NCBI GenBank assembly: GCA_020137815.1
Contig: CM035350.1
Span: forward strand, 7,440,001 to 7,504,000
DNA: 64,000 nt
Origin: Hormiphora californensis
Taxonomy: Eukaryota; Animalia; Ctenophora
Direction: 5' to 3'
The position numbers were made by a program, and so were the translations under genes. Within the stretch, counting starts at the first letter, position 1, and each line of letters opens with the position of its first letter. Below the pieces are notes generated by a model, which did not search any database, was not told the origin of the DNA, and saw nothing but the letters and a program-made list of their open reading frames with translations. Positions 1-49,179 of this stretch are shown here, piece after piece.

Positions 1-3000
1 TGATCAGTCGGTCGCGTGGCTCTAGAGGGGGTGGTGTTGCCATCCTCATGAGGAAATCCTTCCACCATGTTCAGGTAACACACTCCTTTTCATCATTCGA
101 GTGTGTGGAAACCCTAATCACGCATCCTCAAATTAAACCTCTTCGACTTCTTGGCGTATATCGCCCTCCATCGAGTCCTACAGCCTTATTTCTAGATGAG
201 TTCGAAACGCTGTTACATGAACTTTCTGGTAGATCAGGTGAAATTGTTTTCACAGGAGACTTCAACATCCATATCCACGACAGCAGCTCGAGTTTTGCTA
301 AATCATTCCTCCAATTGTTGGATGACCATCTTTTTCATCAGTTTGTAAATGAACCTACTCATATAGCAGGGGGTATACTTGACCTTGTTGTTGCTAAATC
401 ACTCCCCAGTTCATCTCCGATCTCTAACGTGGAAGCTAATATGATCCCTGCGGCACCTGATCATGCATTGGTCTCTTTCAATTTGCACATTGGTGCACCT
501 ACCAAGCGGAAGAAGTACATTTCAGTTAAGAAGAGGAACATTGAATCCCTTGACTTGGACTCATTCAGAAGTGAAATCCTGAAATCTCCACTCTGTGACC
601 TTGATATCTTCACAACAAATCTTGATGAGGCTATTGAACTCTTTGAGGAGCTTCTTACGGAGTTTCTAGATGAACTTGCCCCAGTCGTTGAAACTATAGT
701 TCCGGAAGAACCCAGTCCTAGATGGTACAACAGCAGCTGCCAAGATGCTAAACGTCGCCGAAGAGCAGCAGAGAGAAAATATCGAGCCTTATTGAAAAAA
801 TCGGTGTGTATCAAACAACTACTTGATTCTCTTCGTACTCTTCGAGAAGAGTCAAAGGCTGCCACCAAGTACATTGTTGGAACTAGAAATGACTACTATC
901 GTGGCCGGCTTGAAGAGGCAGGTAATGACTCTAAGAAAACCTACAGAATCATGAATGGACTACTTGGACAGGAACGTAATCCTACAATTCTACCAGAACA
1001 CAGTGATGAAAATGAACTCTGCCAGAAGTTCATGACATTTTTCAAGGAGAAGATAGACAAAATCTACCAAGATATTCAGAGTTTGCAATCAGATGAAGAT
1101 CAGGAGTTTTCTACTAGTTCCACTAGTGACAACGTTCCTCCACAGTTTAACTGTTTCCAGCCTGTTACCAGTGAGGACTTGGTCAAGGTTATACGATCCC
1201 TAAACTACAAGGCGTGTGACTTGGACCCAGTTCCGTCGAAGCTCATGGCTGCATGTGTCCATGAACTCATGCCTGTTATCAATTCAATTGTCAACGGAAG
1301 CTTGGAGAGTGGGGTTTTTCCATCGGCGCTGAAGAAAGCAGTTATCCGTCCTGTATATAAAGGAAAAGGTCTAGACTCGAATAACTTGGGGAGTTACAGG
1401 CCCATATCCAACCTCAGTTTTATTTCCAAAATCATCGAGAAGTGCGTATCCATTCAACTCACTGCACACCTTGAACAGCATGGACTATTTGCGTCTGTTC
1501 AATCTGCCTATAGGAGTAAACATTCTTGTGAAACGGCTACCCTGAAAATCTTCAACGACCTACTTGTGCTGACGGACAAGCGTAGGAAAGCTGTACTTTT
1601 ACTCCTGGATTTGTCGGCTGCGTTTGATACTGTTCCCCATTCTACACTTCTCCGCCGTCTCGAGCACATGTATGGTGTTAAGGGAGTAGCCCTTGATTGG
1701 TTTACGTCATATCTTCAAGAGCGGAAGGCATTTGTAAAAATTGGACAAGGTCAATCATCAGAGGTGGAAATCTGTATTGGAGTACCCCAAGGGTCTATTC
1801 TTGGGCCTCTTCTTTTTGTTCTTTTCACTAAGGATCTTGAGACTATCGCAGCTAGACATGGTGTTAAAATTCATTTATACGCAGACGATTCTCAGCTATA
1901 TATCAGCTTTACCAACAACAACTGGGCACATTGTGAAAGTCAGTTGCAAAATTGTTTTACCGAGGTTGAGAAATGGATGGCATCGAGTTACCTAAAACTC
2001 AATCCTTCGAAGACAGAGCTGCTATTCATCTCATCAAGAACTGACAGAAGTCCCAACCCGATTGACTATAATGATACACTGACACTAAGAGGTATCAGTC
2101 AGTCATCAAAAGCAGACATTACCCCATCTCAACAGGCCAAAAACCTTGGAGTTATCTTTGATGAAAGGTTAACCATGAAGGCTCATGTCTCAAAGGTGGT
2201 GAAGGAATGTAACCTGAATCTCATCAATCTTCGGCGTATTGCTGACAAACTTTCGAGAAAACACAAGGTTCAGCTTGTCCACTCCTTGATACACTCACGT
2301 CTTGATTATTGCAATGGACTGTTAATTGGTGCAGATCAAAGTGACATTTCTCGACTGCAAAAAGTTCAAAACTCTGCGACACGATTTGTTTTCGGCAGAA
2401 GGCAGTGGAGAGGAGTGACTAAACTCAGAAAGCAGCTACATTTTCTTCCTGTTTCGGCCAGGATCGAGTTCAAGATTTGTCTCATGGTTTTCAAGTGTCT
2501 CAACAATCTTGCACCATCATATTTACAGGATATTATCCAACGGCGACAACCTAAAATCAAATCTCTGAGGTATGACAATGATGATACCCTCCTTGAGAGA
2601 GACTTTTCCACCAAATACAAAACTTCTCAGCGTGCTTTCCAGGTATCAGGACCTAGGCTGTGGAATAGCCTACCTGCCTCTATCAGAAATTGTTCAGATG
2701 AGGTCATCTTCAAATCAAGGTTGAAGACCTACCTTTTCGACAAGTCATACGACCACTGATCTGTAACCTTGAGTTTTTTACAGCACCTTTTTCTACCGTG
2801 TTTTTTATTTGAAACGTGGTTTTCAGCTATCATATTAATCTTATTAAATACTCTAACTTATTAATTAATCCTCCTTTACATCTAATGATGATTTAATTCA
2901 ATAATATATTTTGTATGTACGAGTGTGTTGCATGTGTGTTGCATTTGGGTGAGTGCTGTGTGTGTGTGTGGGTGTATTTATTAAAGTAGTAAAGTAAACT

Positions 3001-3182
3001 TTACTCTCAGTAATCGCTTGGTTCTAACCTTTTTTCTTGGTCTTTTCTGGTACACCGCTTTAGAAGGCAGTAAGAGTGCTCTAGCGTATAAATTTGTTTT
3101 TATAGCGTTATCATTTTTTACTATATATGTCAAAAAGCGGGATATTAAGTGTAAATTTGATTTGATTTGATTTGATTTGATT
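1..3182 (+). mobile_element. LINE non-LTR retrotransposon (L2/CR1 group), 5' end outside the window, with 3' UTR and (ATTTG)n tail
   Basis: Long APE-RT ORF followed by an AT-rich UTR ending in tandem ATTTG repeats at ~3155-3182. Confidence 0.92.
3..2759 (+). CDS. LINE ORF2: AP endonuclease plus reverse transcriptase (5' partial)
   Basis: Frame is open from the window edge (RGGGVAIL). Motifs [51 protein letters not shown], and the C-terminal LHFLPV..RIEFKI typical of L2-like elements. Confidence 0.95.
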   Translation: MSRSRGSRGGGVAILMRKSFHHVQVTHSFSSFECVETLITHPQIKPLRLLGVYRPPSSPTALFLDEFETLLHELSGRSGEIVFTGDFNIHIHDSSSSFAKSFLQLLDDHLFHQFVNEPTHIAGGILDLVVAKSLPSSSPISNVEANMIPAAPDHALVSFNLHIGAPTKRKKYISVKKRNIESLDLDSFRSEILKSPLCDLDIFTTNLDEAIELFEELLTEFLDELAPVVETIVPEEPSPRWYNSSCQDAKRRRRAAERKYRALLKKSVCIKQLLDSLRTLREESKAATKYIVGTRNDYYRGRLEEAGNDSKKTYRIMNGLLGQERNPTILPEHSDENELCQKFMTFFKEKIDKIYQDIQSLQSDEDQEFSTSSTSDNVPPQFNCFQPVTSEDLVKVIRSLNYKACDLDPVPSKLMAACVHELMPVINSIVNGSLESGVFPSALKKAVIRPVYKGKGLDSNNLGSYRPISNLSFISKIIEKCVSIQLTAHLEQHGLFASVQSAYRSKHSCETATLKIFNDLLVLTDKRRKAVLLLLDLSAAFDTVPHSTLLRRLEHMYGVKGVALDWFTSYLQERKAFVKIGQGQSSEVEICIGVPQGSILGPLLFVLFTKDLETIAARHGVKIHLYADDSQLYISFTNNNWAHCESQLQNCFTEVEKWMASSYLKLNPSKTELLFISSRTDRSPNPIDYNDTLTLRGISQSSKADITPSQQAKNLGVIFDERLTMKAHVSKVVKECNLNLINLRRIADKLSRKHKVQLVHSLIHSRLDYCNGLLIGADQSDISRLQKVQNSATRFVFGRRQWRGVTKLRKQLHFLPVSARIEFKICLMVFKCLNNLAPSYLQDIIQRRQPKIKSLRYDNDDTLLERDFSTKYKTSQRAFQVSGPRLWNSLPASIRNCSDEVIFKSRLKTYLFDKSYDH

Positions 3183-3459
3183 CTTCTGTGTCGCTTTTCG
3201 GTTTCCACTTTTCAACTTTCAAGCGCTCTTTGATTGTTAAAATCATCGCGAAAACGTCAACATTTTCCGGGGCCTTCGCCCCCCTCGAACCCCACCGGGG
3301 CTTGCAGCCCCTGGACCCTGCAACCTACACCCCCGCCGGGGCTGCGCCCCTGGATCCCGCTTGTGTTAGGTTTCACCCCCACTCCCCCTGACTCGGGCTG
3401 CTGCCCAAGGCCCCTGGACGCACAAGTATGCGCTGGGCCGAAGGCCCAGCGACGTCCCT

Positions 3460-3552
3460 GACCCTAACAACAGCCCTAACTCGTCTCGACCGCCAAAATC
3501 GATGAATTTTTAGCAATGGAAGGCACCCACCGGGTGCCACCCAGATTTTAAC
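3460..3552 (-). repeat. Dispersed repeat family copy, related to 45512-46029, 47854-48124 and 31885-31920
   Basis: gtctcgaccgccaaaatcgatgaat...cacccagatttta is the reverse complement of the 47854-47930 segment. Confidence 0.7.
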
Positions 3553-4079
3553 TTTGCCCGTCGGGCGGCGGGCGGCCAAGAAGATTTTTGACCGGCACAA
3601 GCCACAAGGAATGCTAAGCTTTATAAGGCGTGTTAGTGGTGGGGACGTTGCTTCGATCGACCGATCAAAGCGGCGTTCTCCTGGCAATAACAAAGCCCCG
3701 GCGGAGACCCTGGAAAATTATGCGTTTTCGACCAATTTTGAGCATTTTTAACCAATTCTAGACATCTAAAAGTCAAACTTTAGAAGAATAACTTATCGAT
3801 TCAAGAATAAGCGTTGGATTGTTCGTCCACTTTGATAAATCAATTGTAAATAAAATAATAAAATGAGCTTCGCGAGAAAATTTTGAGAGTTTGAACCTTA
3901 AAAGTTAAAACTATGCTTTTCAGACACTTTTTGTTAACAAATTGGGGGAGGCCGTTTTCAGGGAAATGAGGGGTGCCCCCCACAGTGTGGTGGCCCGGGG
4001 GTGTGGGGCCCACACCCCCGGGCCACCCCTGAGCCTTTTAATTGATATGCAAATCAGCTGTATGTAGTATGACTTCCAA

Positions 4080-6746
4080 ATGACAAAGCGGAGTTATGAG
4101 GAGTTGCGGATCGAGGGTGACGATATTTTCGATTTAGATAAATTGGTATGTAAGGTCTTGAAATTGAAATATAATTTTAATTACAAAATCAATTACGACC
4201 ACCTCTGTTCAGCATATTGAACGGCCTGTGATAAATGGATCGATATTTTCTTGGCTCTCCTGGTGCGTTGAAAGGGTAAGTAACAATCAAAAGTACCCTG
4301 ACTTCTCTCTGCCTCTGATACAGGAATTCCGTTCTAGCAACTATGTGATTGTCTAATTAATATGGAAGTTTGAATTTAAAAACACTGCTTCAGACGATCG
4401 GTGCCCCATTTCGCTGGTACGTTTCGAAGTTTAATTTGGAGCCGATAGAGTATGAGACTATACAGGAGGAGCCCACCTTCTTCCCCTTTATCCCCTTCAA
4501 CAACGTTCATAAACTAGAAGATGACAATATCGAGGATTATACATTTCAGAAGAAATACCTGGAGGATAACACAAAGAAAAACTTGTATTTTAAGTCAATA
4601 ATTGAGTATCACAAAGAGTTTCTGGCATTAACTCTCACCCCTCTCTGCCCTGGTTGAGTCTATTGAGGAGATGGAGAAGAAATCTAATGCTGATTCTCCA
4701 CCCCTTCGAATCTTCACTCAGAAAGATTGGGAATCTTTGCAAGAAAGTAAGTGCTACACAACATTCTCCATGATCTCCTCCTCTCTCCGCGATCGGGCCA
4801 GTCCTCTCTGCGTCCCCTCAACTTGAAACAAGGGGGTAGTTTGTGGGGGCAATTGTCTCTGCATCAGGAACACCGTCACTGGAATAGCAATTGCTATGGC
4901 AACGATTACAAAGAACGCAATCCCAACTTCGACATAGGTGTACTGCGTGTAGTATCTAGACAACATGTGAGCCTAGCACTCTCTATCCGCAGGCAGCTAA
5001 AGAGAGCACTCAGAGGTACAAAGATGGGCACCCTCTCAGTGTGTTAGATGGGATTCCCACAGCTATCAAAGATGAACTGGCGGTGGAGAACTTTACAGTT
5101 AGCTGTGGCCGGGCCCAGCAGGGACGAGTTAGGACCTCTGATTCTGACATTGTGAGGAACTCTTGAGGAACAGAGGGGCAATTATACTTGGTAGGTAGTT
5201 ATAACACCGCTCACAACACTGCTACTTGCTCATAATACTGCTACTTGCTCACAACACGCTACTGCTCACAACACTGCTACTGCTCACAACACTACTACTT
5301 GCTCACAACACTGCTACTTGCTCACAACACGCTACTGCTCACAACCTACTACTGCTCACAACACTGCTACATTTTTATTGTAATTCCGATATAAATAAAG
5401 GTCCACTGTGTCGACTAAATTACACATGTTTCAGGTATAACGAACATGCACGAGATGGGGATGGGGGTAACAGGTATAAACCCACATCACGGCACACCGC
5501 GGAATCCCTACAATGATGAACACGTGACTGGGGGTAGCAGCAGTGGGAGTGCTGTTGCTGTGGCAACGGGGCTGTTACCTTTCACAATCGGTAGGTCATT
5601 GTCTAATGTTGAGGTGTGTGTGTGTGCTACAGGTGTTACTGAAATCAAAGTATACATGATATATATTGTTTATACAGAGTATGAACAAGTGTACTGGGTG
5701 TCGACTGTTGTGAATCATTGTTTGGTGTAGAACCCTACACAAACATTAGCTATATTTACCCCCCCCCCTCTTGATCAGGTACGGATGGTGGAGGGAGTGT
5801 TAGGATTCCCAGTTCATTCTGCGGGATGCACGGTATCAAGCCCACCTTTGGGAGGTGGAGTGCAGTGGGGTGCGATTACGCGCCCTCCACGGTAACCCAC
5901 GCTGGTGTCATAGCAACCAACACAGCTGACCTTGCACTGGTATGATCACATGTTCTGCCCTGCAAAATGCAGATTAGATATAATTCAATATAAACATGAC
6001 ACTCAACTTCTCTCTCTCCCCCCGTGTAGGTCAGTGCACTGATAAGCCACTCCGTACCGAATCCACGTTTTTTTGCACCTGGCATCAGAAATCCAGTTAC
6101 CCTTCGCTGTCCTAAGCCCTTCAAGGACCTCCGGTTCGGCACGTACCACAAGTATGTCTCATACAGTGAGGCAGCGGTCAGTTCAGTGTTTGATCAACTC
6201 CTCACCCTGATCCCCGGAGAGATAAAGGATGTACCCATTGGGAACCTGTACCTCTCCAAAATGGCCCACATGAACACAATCCTAGTGGAAACTGCACAGA
6301 ATATGGAGTTGTGGAGGGAGCAAAGTGCGACACTAACACCTCAAACCAAGATGGTCTTTAGTATCTGCTCCCGATCATCACTCCGTCAATACATGCAGAG
6401 TGCAGCACAGAAAACACGTGCTATCAAGATCTTCCAGTCGATATTTGATCAGGTCGACATCTTCATAACACCCACAATTCCGAGACTTCCCAAAAAGATT
6501 GATGAAGGAGCACTGGCGTTTGGGGAGTTTGATGAGTTTAACCTAACTCTCACTATGTGGTTTGTGTACCTGGCGAACCTGTGCGGCCTGCCAGCTGTTA
6601 CAATTAATGCAGGGTATAGTGAGAAGGAGGGGCTGCCTATAGGAGTACAACTCATGGCACCTTGGTGGAGAGAGGATATGTTGTATGAGGCAGCGGGGGC
6701 CTTAGAACAGGAGTTGAGAGAACCGAAACGGCAATACAAACCATGA
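4080..6746 (+). CDS. Fatty acid amide hydrolase-like amidase (amidase signature family), multi-exon, with several apparent 1-bp indels
   Basis: Spliced exons give [68 protein letters not shown] and [22 protein letters not shown] introns. Frame breaks near 4645, 4746 and 5160. The start codon is inferred. Confidence 0.88.
4754..4966 (-). CDS. Putative 70-aa single-pass membrane micropeptide, antisense within an intron of the amidase gene
   Basis: ORF fills most of intron 4747-4992. Hydrophobic run [22 protein letters not shown] is followed by a polar tail. Confidence 0.4.
   Translation of the reverse strand: MLSRYYTQYTYVEVGIAFFVIVAIAIAIPVTVFLMQRQLPPQTTPLFQVEGTQRGLARSRREEEIMENVV
5205..5370. 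repeat. Intronic minisatellite (ctgctacttgctcacaacac-like units)
   Basis: Imperfect tandem units visible directly. Confidence 0.85.
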
Positions 6747-6999
6747 TTTTAGATAGACTGAGAAGAGGAAACTGTGTGTTTGAATATGCTTGTGTGCATG
6801 TGTGGCTTTAGTGTTGTTCTCTGTCGAATCAGATATAAATAAGAGTTAAAAAATTGTTTTTTGAAAATGCTGTCCAGTAACCTATGTCTTATCTTGTAAT
6901 TTTAACAGTTTTTAAGTTTCGTATTTGTCTGCCTATAATAGTACCCGACATATTCCACCGCCCCTCTCTGACCGGCCAGAACTCCCCACCAGCCCCTCT

Positions 7000-11362
<4,363 letters not shown>

Positions 11363-12298
11363 TTTTTAACTCTATTTTTAAAGCCAATTTGTTTATTTAA
11401 TCACACCTCTCCACACTATGTTATATTAACGTTGATTAGAAAATGTGTTTTATTTTGTCCCCCAAAGCCAAGATCACCCAGTATTACCGCAAGGTTTACT
11501 TGTTTTTATTTAAATCACGAACACTCGGGAGCTTGGCTTTTTTATTGGCAGTGATGTTGGCTGTTTGGCAGTTAAATTGTTTTACATTTTGACACCATTT
11601 TCAGTAATCTGTACAAGATATTCAAGTGGTCCATTGCTGCATACTGTTTGGAAATGTGGAATTGGAAAAACTAATTAAAATAATTAGCCTCTGACTGTGA
11701 AAGTTGTTTTCCAGTTTTGCCTGCCACCTGGGTATGTTCTGAATGAAAAGCTTGTGTTGGCTCTGATCAATCCAGATTTGCCACTTGTCCCTAAGATTCT
11801 CAAAGTTATTGAACGTAGCGCGCGATGCCTCATGTTTAGATAACCTCGCGCGCATTTAACAAATTTCGAATTTTCTTATCCAACTCCAGTTTATCGCATG
11901 GATCCACCTTCTTACTTTCGTTTACTTTCGTCTTTTTTTAATTCTATTTCTTGGAACTCTAATAAGGTCATTTCAGAAAGAAAAGTTCTGGTTTTGTTGA
12001 AATCGAATGAAATTACGATAAACTCCGATGGAATTCCCGAGTACAAGTATACAAACTGACAAAATGAAACAAAAAGGTAACTGTTACCGTAATATGTAGT
12101 GAGAATACGGTATCGGTTCAATACGGTATCATTGAAAAACGGTAAGACTTTACCAATCAGAGCGCCAGATTGACAACACGTGATTCCTGTCGACACCGAA
12201 ATATATATGTATCTCAAAAATCAAATGTATAAGTATTTCAGAAACCGTAATGACCAGACACCGTATTCCCACTACAAGCAGCACTGTGAGCAGTGTCT

Positions 12299-44320
<32,022 letters not shown>

Positions 44321-45735
44321 TGAAAAGAATTAGGTTTGTGTCAGTAATTCAAGTGATATTTCAAGTGTTAAAGTTTTTCTGGCTCAACAACAAGATGAAC
44401 TATTTCCTTGTCCACCCTCACATATCATTATAGTGGTAGGAAAGGGGGGGTATAATATCCATCGGTGTAACTTCTAAACTTACTGTTATCTGCACATTGG
44501 ACACCTGCTTCTTTTTTCGTAAAACCATATTGTCAGTGCTCCCAGTTAGGGCTAAGTGGAATTTACATGCTAAAATCACATTTTGTAAAGTTACAAACAA
44601 CACAAAGCAAAGTAAAGCTACATTAATTAAGACATATTGTTTGGAGAGACAATTACGAAAGAGCAGAACTAAGGCAATCATGCAAGGAATTAAACAATGA
44701 ATGAAACCCTGCCGTGAATTTTCCTAGATATGATTTTGAATAGCACAAGGGTTTGACAAGAATGAAAATCTGATGGGAGTACACCCGCTGATGAAGAATA
44801 CCCCAGAGTATTTGACAGCTACGGTTAATTTATTTTCCAGTACCCACATATTTCGTATTTTCCTTGTCTAATGATGGGAGTCTGTTCCACAAATGAGATG
44901 TTATGGGTCTAGATGTGAAATGAAATTGATAAACCCTCCAAGCTTCCGTCCTGTATGGAAAGTGGGAGGAATTACTCGCACTCAAAGACACATTTTGCGC
45001 AAAAGGATTGATCCATTCAAAAAGAGTTTTTCCCCGAACTGGAAAGCAGGCGCCGTTACGATCTGGATTCGATTTAGTCTGCATACCTTTCATACAGTCT
45101 ACCAGCATGCACCACTTCAGTGGCAAAGCTAGGATGTGCAGTACTATGCCATTTTAACGCTGGCCAACATTTTCTCTCTTTTCTCTCAACCATACACGGT
45201 CGCTTGTAGTGGGAAAACGGTAATGGAAAACGGAGATACAGTAAGACGACGCGCAACCGTGGCCAATCAGGGTGCTAGTACGTGCTGAACACATGCACTT
45301 TTTGCCGCGTGTTATGCAACGTGCGTGTCTCATTACTGTATTTCCATTACGGTAATACGACTACAAGCAGCACTGATAGGACCTATGGTTTAGTGAATCA
45401 ACTTTTTTGGCAGCGCGCACCTGTAAACCCAGATCGTAACGGCGCCCTGCATGAGGGGCTGCAGTTGTGCTGTTGCACCTATGAACAATACAAGGCTGCA
45501 GCACAGGAAAACGTTAAAATCTGGGTGCCTTTCAGTGCTAACAATTCGTAGTTTTAGCGCGTGCGACGGATTAAGGCTATCTGTTAGGGTCTGGTTAGGG
45601 TTTGGTTTGGGGTTATCGGTTAGGGCTATCGATTCTCTAACAGATACCGTTTAGTTTACTCAAATTGTCCATGTGGCTATAGCAGTTTGAAAAAAGTCGG
45701 TCTAAGTGCACTCTTTTGATAGCGTGCACCTGTAA

Positions 45736-45989
45736 AGTCGGATTTTTTGAAGTTGTCACCCCCCTGGGTGGCGCACAATGTTTTATTTGTGCATCGGAAA
45801 CTTGTTTCGGCTCTCACGCCTTCGTTTCTTGACCGATTTCGTCGATCAAAAGTTTTACGGACTCACAAAATTATGCTCTTTCCGGTGATATGCGGTTTTA
45901 TGCCGTAAAGTGAGAGCAAGTGGGGGCTGTCACGTGCAAATAAGACGCCGCACGACAGAAGGGGGGTGACAACTTCAAAAAATCCGACT
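45736..45989. mobile_element. Small TIR MITE (Kolobok-like) inserted in a dispersed repeat
   Basis: AGTCGGATTTTTTGAAGTTGTCACCCCC and its reverse complement, GTAA/TTAA flanks. Absent from the paralogous copy at 47854-48124. Confidence 0.75.
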
Positions 45990-46395
45990 TTAAACAGGCT
46001 GCAAGGCACCCAGATTATAATCGCGCCCGGCCCTGCAGAGCATTCCAAAGAAAATGGTTGGCAAATGCCGCTGGCCCCCGATAAAAAATGATGAGGCAGC
46101 GCTTTTCAAATTTTCATTTAAAAAATGAAAATTTGAGCGATTCCTGACAAAAACGCGATCGTGTTTCCTGTCTGGCCGGATCCGGACGAAATTCGCGCGT
46201 TACATTAACTGCGACGTAAAGTTTTGTCCGCGCGCGATATATTTCATCCGCGGCCGGCCGCGACTGGGAAATTTGTCAAATTTTGAATTCAGGTTTTCCT
46301 GGAAAACGTTAAAATCTTTGTGTGAAAGCCGGGGTTGCCGGTCCAATTAAAACGGAATAAGAATCAAGGTAATCAGTACATATAAGATTAATAAA

Positions 46396-47640
46396 TTAGA
46401 TTAGATTAATGTCATTGGTTAAACTACAAAACCGAGTCCATTTATTCCCCCTGAACCCCCTGATGGAAATGAGTACAGTTTTTAGGAGTGAGAAAGATAG
46501 TCGTAGTCTGATATAGCGCACGCTATCATTATAGGTATGCCCGGTTTTGTCGGCGAGACGGTTTGCAAGCTTCTTGTAAAATACCTCGGCTCTTGGACCC
46601 ATGACTCCAGTTGTTGAGAAAACCAGTGGAGTGAAGGTTGCTTTCTCCACCTCAACTACTCGTGCATCATAATGAAGTACTTTTTCTCGCTCATGCCGCT
46701 TGATGGTGTTTTTGAGTGGCTGAGAAATGTTAGTAGGTGCCAGGCTATTGAAGACTCTGATGTCAGTGAATACCTTATCGAGGTCACTCCACACATTCCG
46801 GGCAGAAACATCCAAACGGGCACTGTTAACAGTGATAGTAGATTTGAATTGGAATGTTTCACCAGTTATGGGTAGGAGCTGCGGCTCAAGGCGGACGTCT
46901 TTGCAGCCGGCCTCCACGAGGATGTTAGCTGTGAGGTCTCTGATGTTATTGTGCCGTAAATACACGTAACCTCCCACGGCACATGAAAGGCAATGTTCGA
47001 GAGTGTTCGATTTTCCACACGCACAAACAGATGGTATGCCCTCAAAGGGTAAGTTGTAGCGTAGTAGCAGGGCATCTCTGAATTGCTGTTTATTCAGGAC
47101 AAATCCGTGTTCCACCAAGGGCAGAGCAGTTAACCAGCTAGAGGCCCCTCTAGACGAGATCTCCTCGAATAATCGCTGGTCAAAGGTTGAAAGTAGTGCC
47201 CGGGTTTGTTCTTTTTCGGCATTCTGTGTAGATCGTTTTACTTTCAGGACTGCAGCCTTAGCTCCTTTCGCTTCCCACAGGAGGAGTTCCGAGCGTTCTT
47301 CACTGATTAGGAGTTTTTGTTCCAGAATGAGATTTTTAAGAGGCTGGGTCGCCTGAGAAGAGTTGATGAACTCAGCAGCCGCCTGTTCTGTAGGAATCAA
47401 AATTCCGAGCCCACCATCACGTGCAGGGAGAGAGAAGAGAGCTCTGATGTTGGGAGGGGTGTTTGGACCTATCAGGGCAGGGATAAAATAATCCTTGATA
47501 CAGGTCTCCAAGGGCGTAAAAAGTTCTGCAATCCCTGCAGTTGTTCTCATGAGAAATAACCACTTTTTAGATAAACCAAACGTATAACCACTGTAGGCAC
47601 ATTGTGGTTCACTAGTTGCAATTTCCGACAAAACTTTCAA
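46396..47640 (-). CDS. C-terminal fragment of a CRE-clade non-LTR retrotransposon ORF (zinc knuckle plus restriction-like endonuclease), 5' truncated
   Basis: LPARDGGLGI, GASSWLTALP, FRDALLLRY, CACG....H.LSC..GG...RHN.IRD, ARLDV...DIRV, HEREK..Y, FTPLVFSTTG. Confidence 0.85.
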   Translation of the reverse strand: MKVLSEIATSEPQCAYSGYTFGLSKKWLFLMRTTAGIAELFTPLETCIKDYFIPALIGPNTPPNIRALFSLPARDGGLGILIPTEQAAAEFINSSQATQPLKNLILEQKLLISEERSELLLWEAKGAKAAVLKVKRSTQNAEKEQTRALLSTFDQRLFEEISSRGASSWLTALPLVEHGFVLNKQQFRDALLLRYNLPFEGIPSVCACGKSNTLEHCLSCAVGGYVYLRHNNIRDLTANILVEAGCKDVRLEPQLLPITGETFQFKSTITVNSARLDVSARNVWSDLDKVFTDIRVFNSLAPTNISQPLKNTIKRHEREKVLHYDARVVEVEKATFTPLVFSTTGVMGPRAEVFYKKLANRLADKTGHTYNDSVRYIRLRLSFSLLKTVLISIRGFRGNKWTRFCSLTNDINLI

Positions 47641-49179
47641 CTCCTTGCTCCGTTAAAATCTGGTGTTGTTCCACTTTTTGAAAAGCGCTGCCTTATGCCG
47701 CGCCAGCAACGTTTGCCAATTCCACTTTGCAGGTTCAGTGTTCACTCTGTGACCGATCGTGGTGTGCGCTTATTATCTGAGACCCTGGTGTCGGATTGCT
47801 GTTTCTTTTTTAAAAAATCTGGGTCGTAACGGCGCCCGAACACGTCGGGTAATGTTAAAATCTGGGTGCTTTCCATTGCTAACAATTCATCGATTTTGGC
47901 GGTCGAGACGGGTAAGGGCTGTTTTTAGGGTTTTGTTTGGGGTTGTCCGTTAGTTCCATCGATTCTCTATCAGATACCGTTTCGTTTTATACTCAAATGG
48001 GCTATGTGGTTACGCGGCTGTACAAAAAGAGCAAAAAAGTCGGTCTAGGAAATAAAAGTGTACTCTTTTTGCTAGTGTGCACATGTAAACAGGCTGCAAG
48101 GCACCCAGATTATAATCGCGCCCGAACACGTCCGCCCCTCCCCGCCAAGGCTCCGTCACTGTCCCGCTGTGGGGGGGTTCCAGCCCATGGCAGCAAACAA
48201 GGGCTCCGTCATCGACCCTAGACATAGCGGGGGGGGGGGGGCTCCCACATGCTAGAGCCGCTTCGGTTGTAAAAGCTAATTTAAAACTGAAGGATGAAGG
48301 ATCCCTAGTGCTTAGTGCGAAGCTTAGAATATGCAATAAAAGAAGCTGAAAACATCTCTATTTTAAACTCTTCCTGCAGTCTGATGAGTGATTGTGGCTT
48401 TGAAAACGGCTTCGAAGTCGAGTGACGACATTTTCGATATTAAAATGCCCCCTGCAGTAGGCAGTAGCTGTGCTTTGACCCTTGAATCTTCATGTCTAAA
48501 ATCTAACTGCAACTTTCGTACTACTATCTTATACACAAAGTACAGTATACCGGTACCCGGGACCCGGATGCAAACGATATCAATTATTTTGCCCGTTAAT
48601 CTAAATAATCTATCAACTTTTGTTTCTGCTGTGGGTTGATAAATCAAAGTAGATCTATTTGAGAGATACAGCTGTTTTATTGCTCCAAGTCCAACCATCC
48701 TACGTAAATTTTAAATTTTCTCTCCAGGCCCTCTCGCTAAACTTACATCACATGTCAAGCCTCTAATTAGGCTCTCCTCTCTCTCTCCGTAATTTGGGCG
48801 TCTTGCACACACGTACGCAGACACACAGTTGCTATTCTGGGAGTAGGCCTATTTTTGAAAATGAGGGAAGAAATAAGAACGAAAGTCGAAATATCTTTAT
48901 CTGACCACACGCCTTCCCTATGTTATAGGAGGTTGGGATGTCTGATTCGGTCTAACACAGAGAGAGAGAGTGAGCGAGAAGAACTACAGCAGCAGCAGCA
49001 CCAGTCACAGCATAGCAGTACCAATCCTAATAGTAAGTGTAAATTTATACTCACTAGCTATTTCCTGTTGATGCTTCTTCTTGCAACAAATATCTTTTTA
49101 TCTCTATTTCTCTATCTCTCTATCTCTATCTCTCTCTCTTTATCTCTCTTTCTATTACCTACCCACTCCCAGGTTGACG

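Noticed and set aside
45583-45626. Interstitial telomere (TTAGGG)
   Set aside because: Only scattered degenerate units, which belong to the dispersed repeat family.
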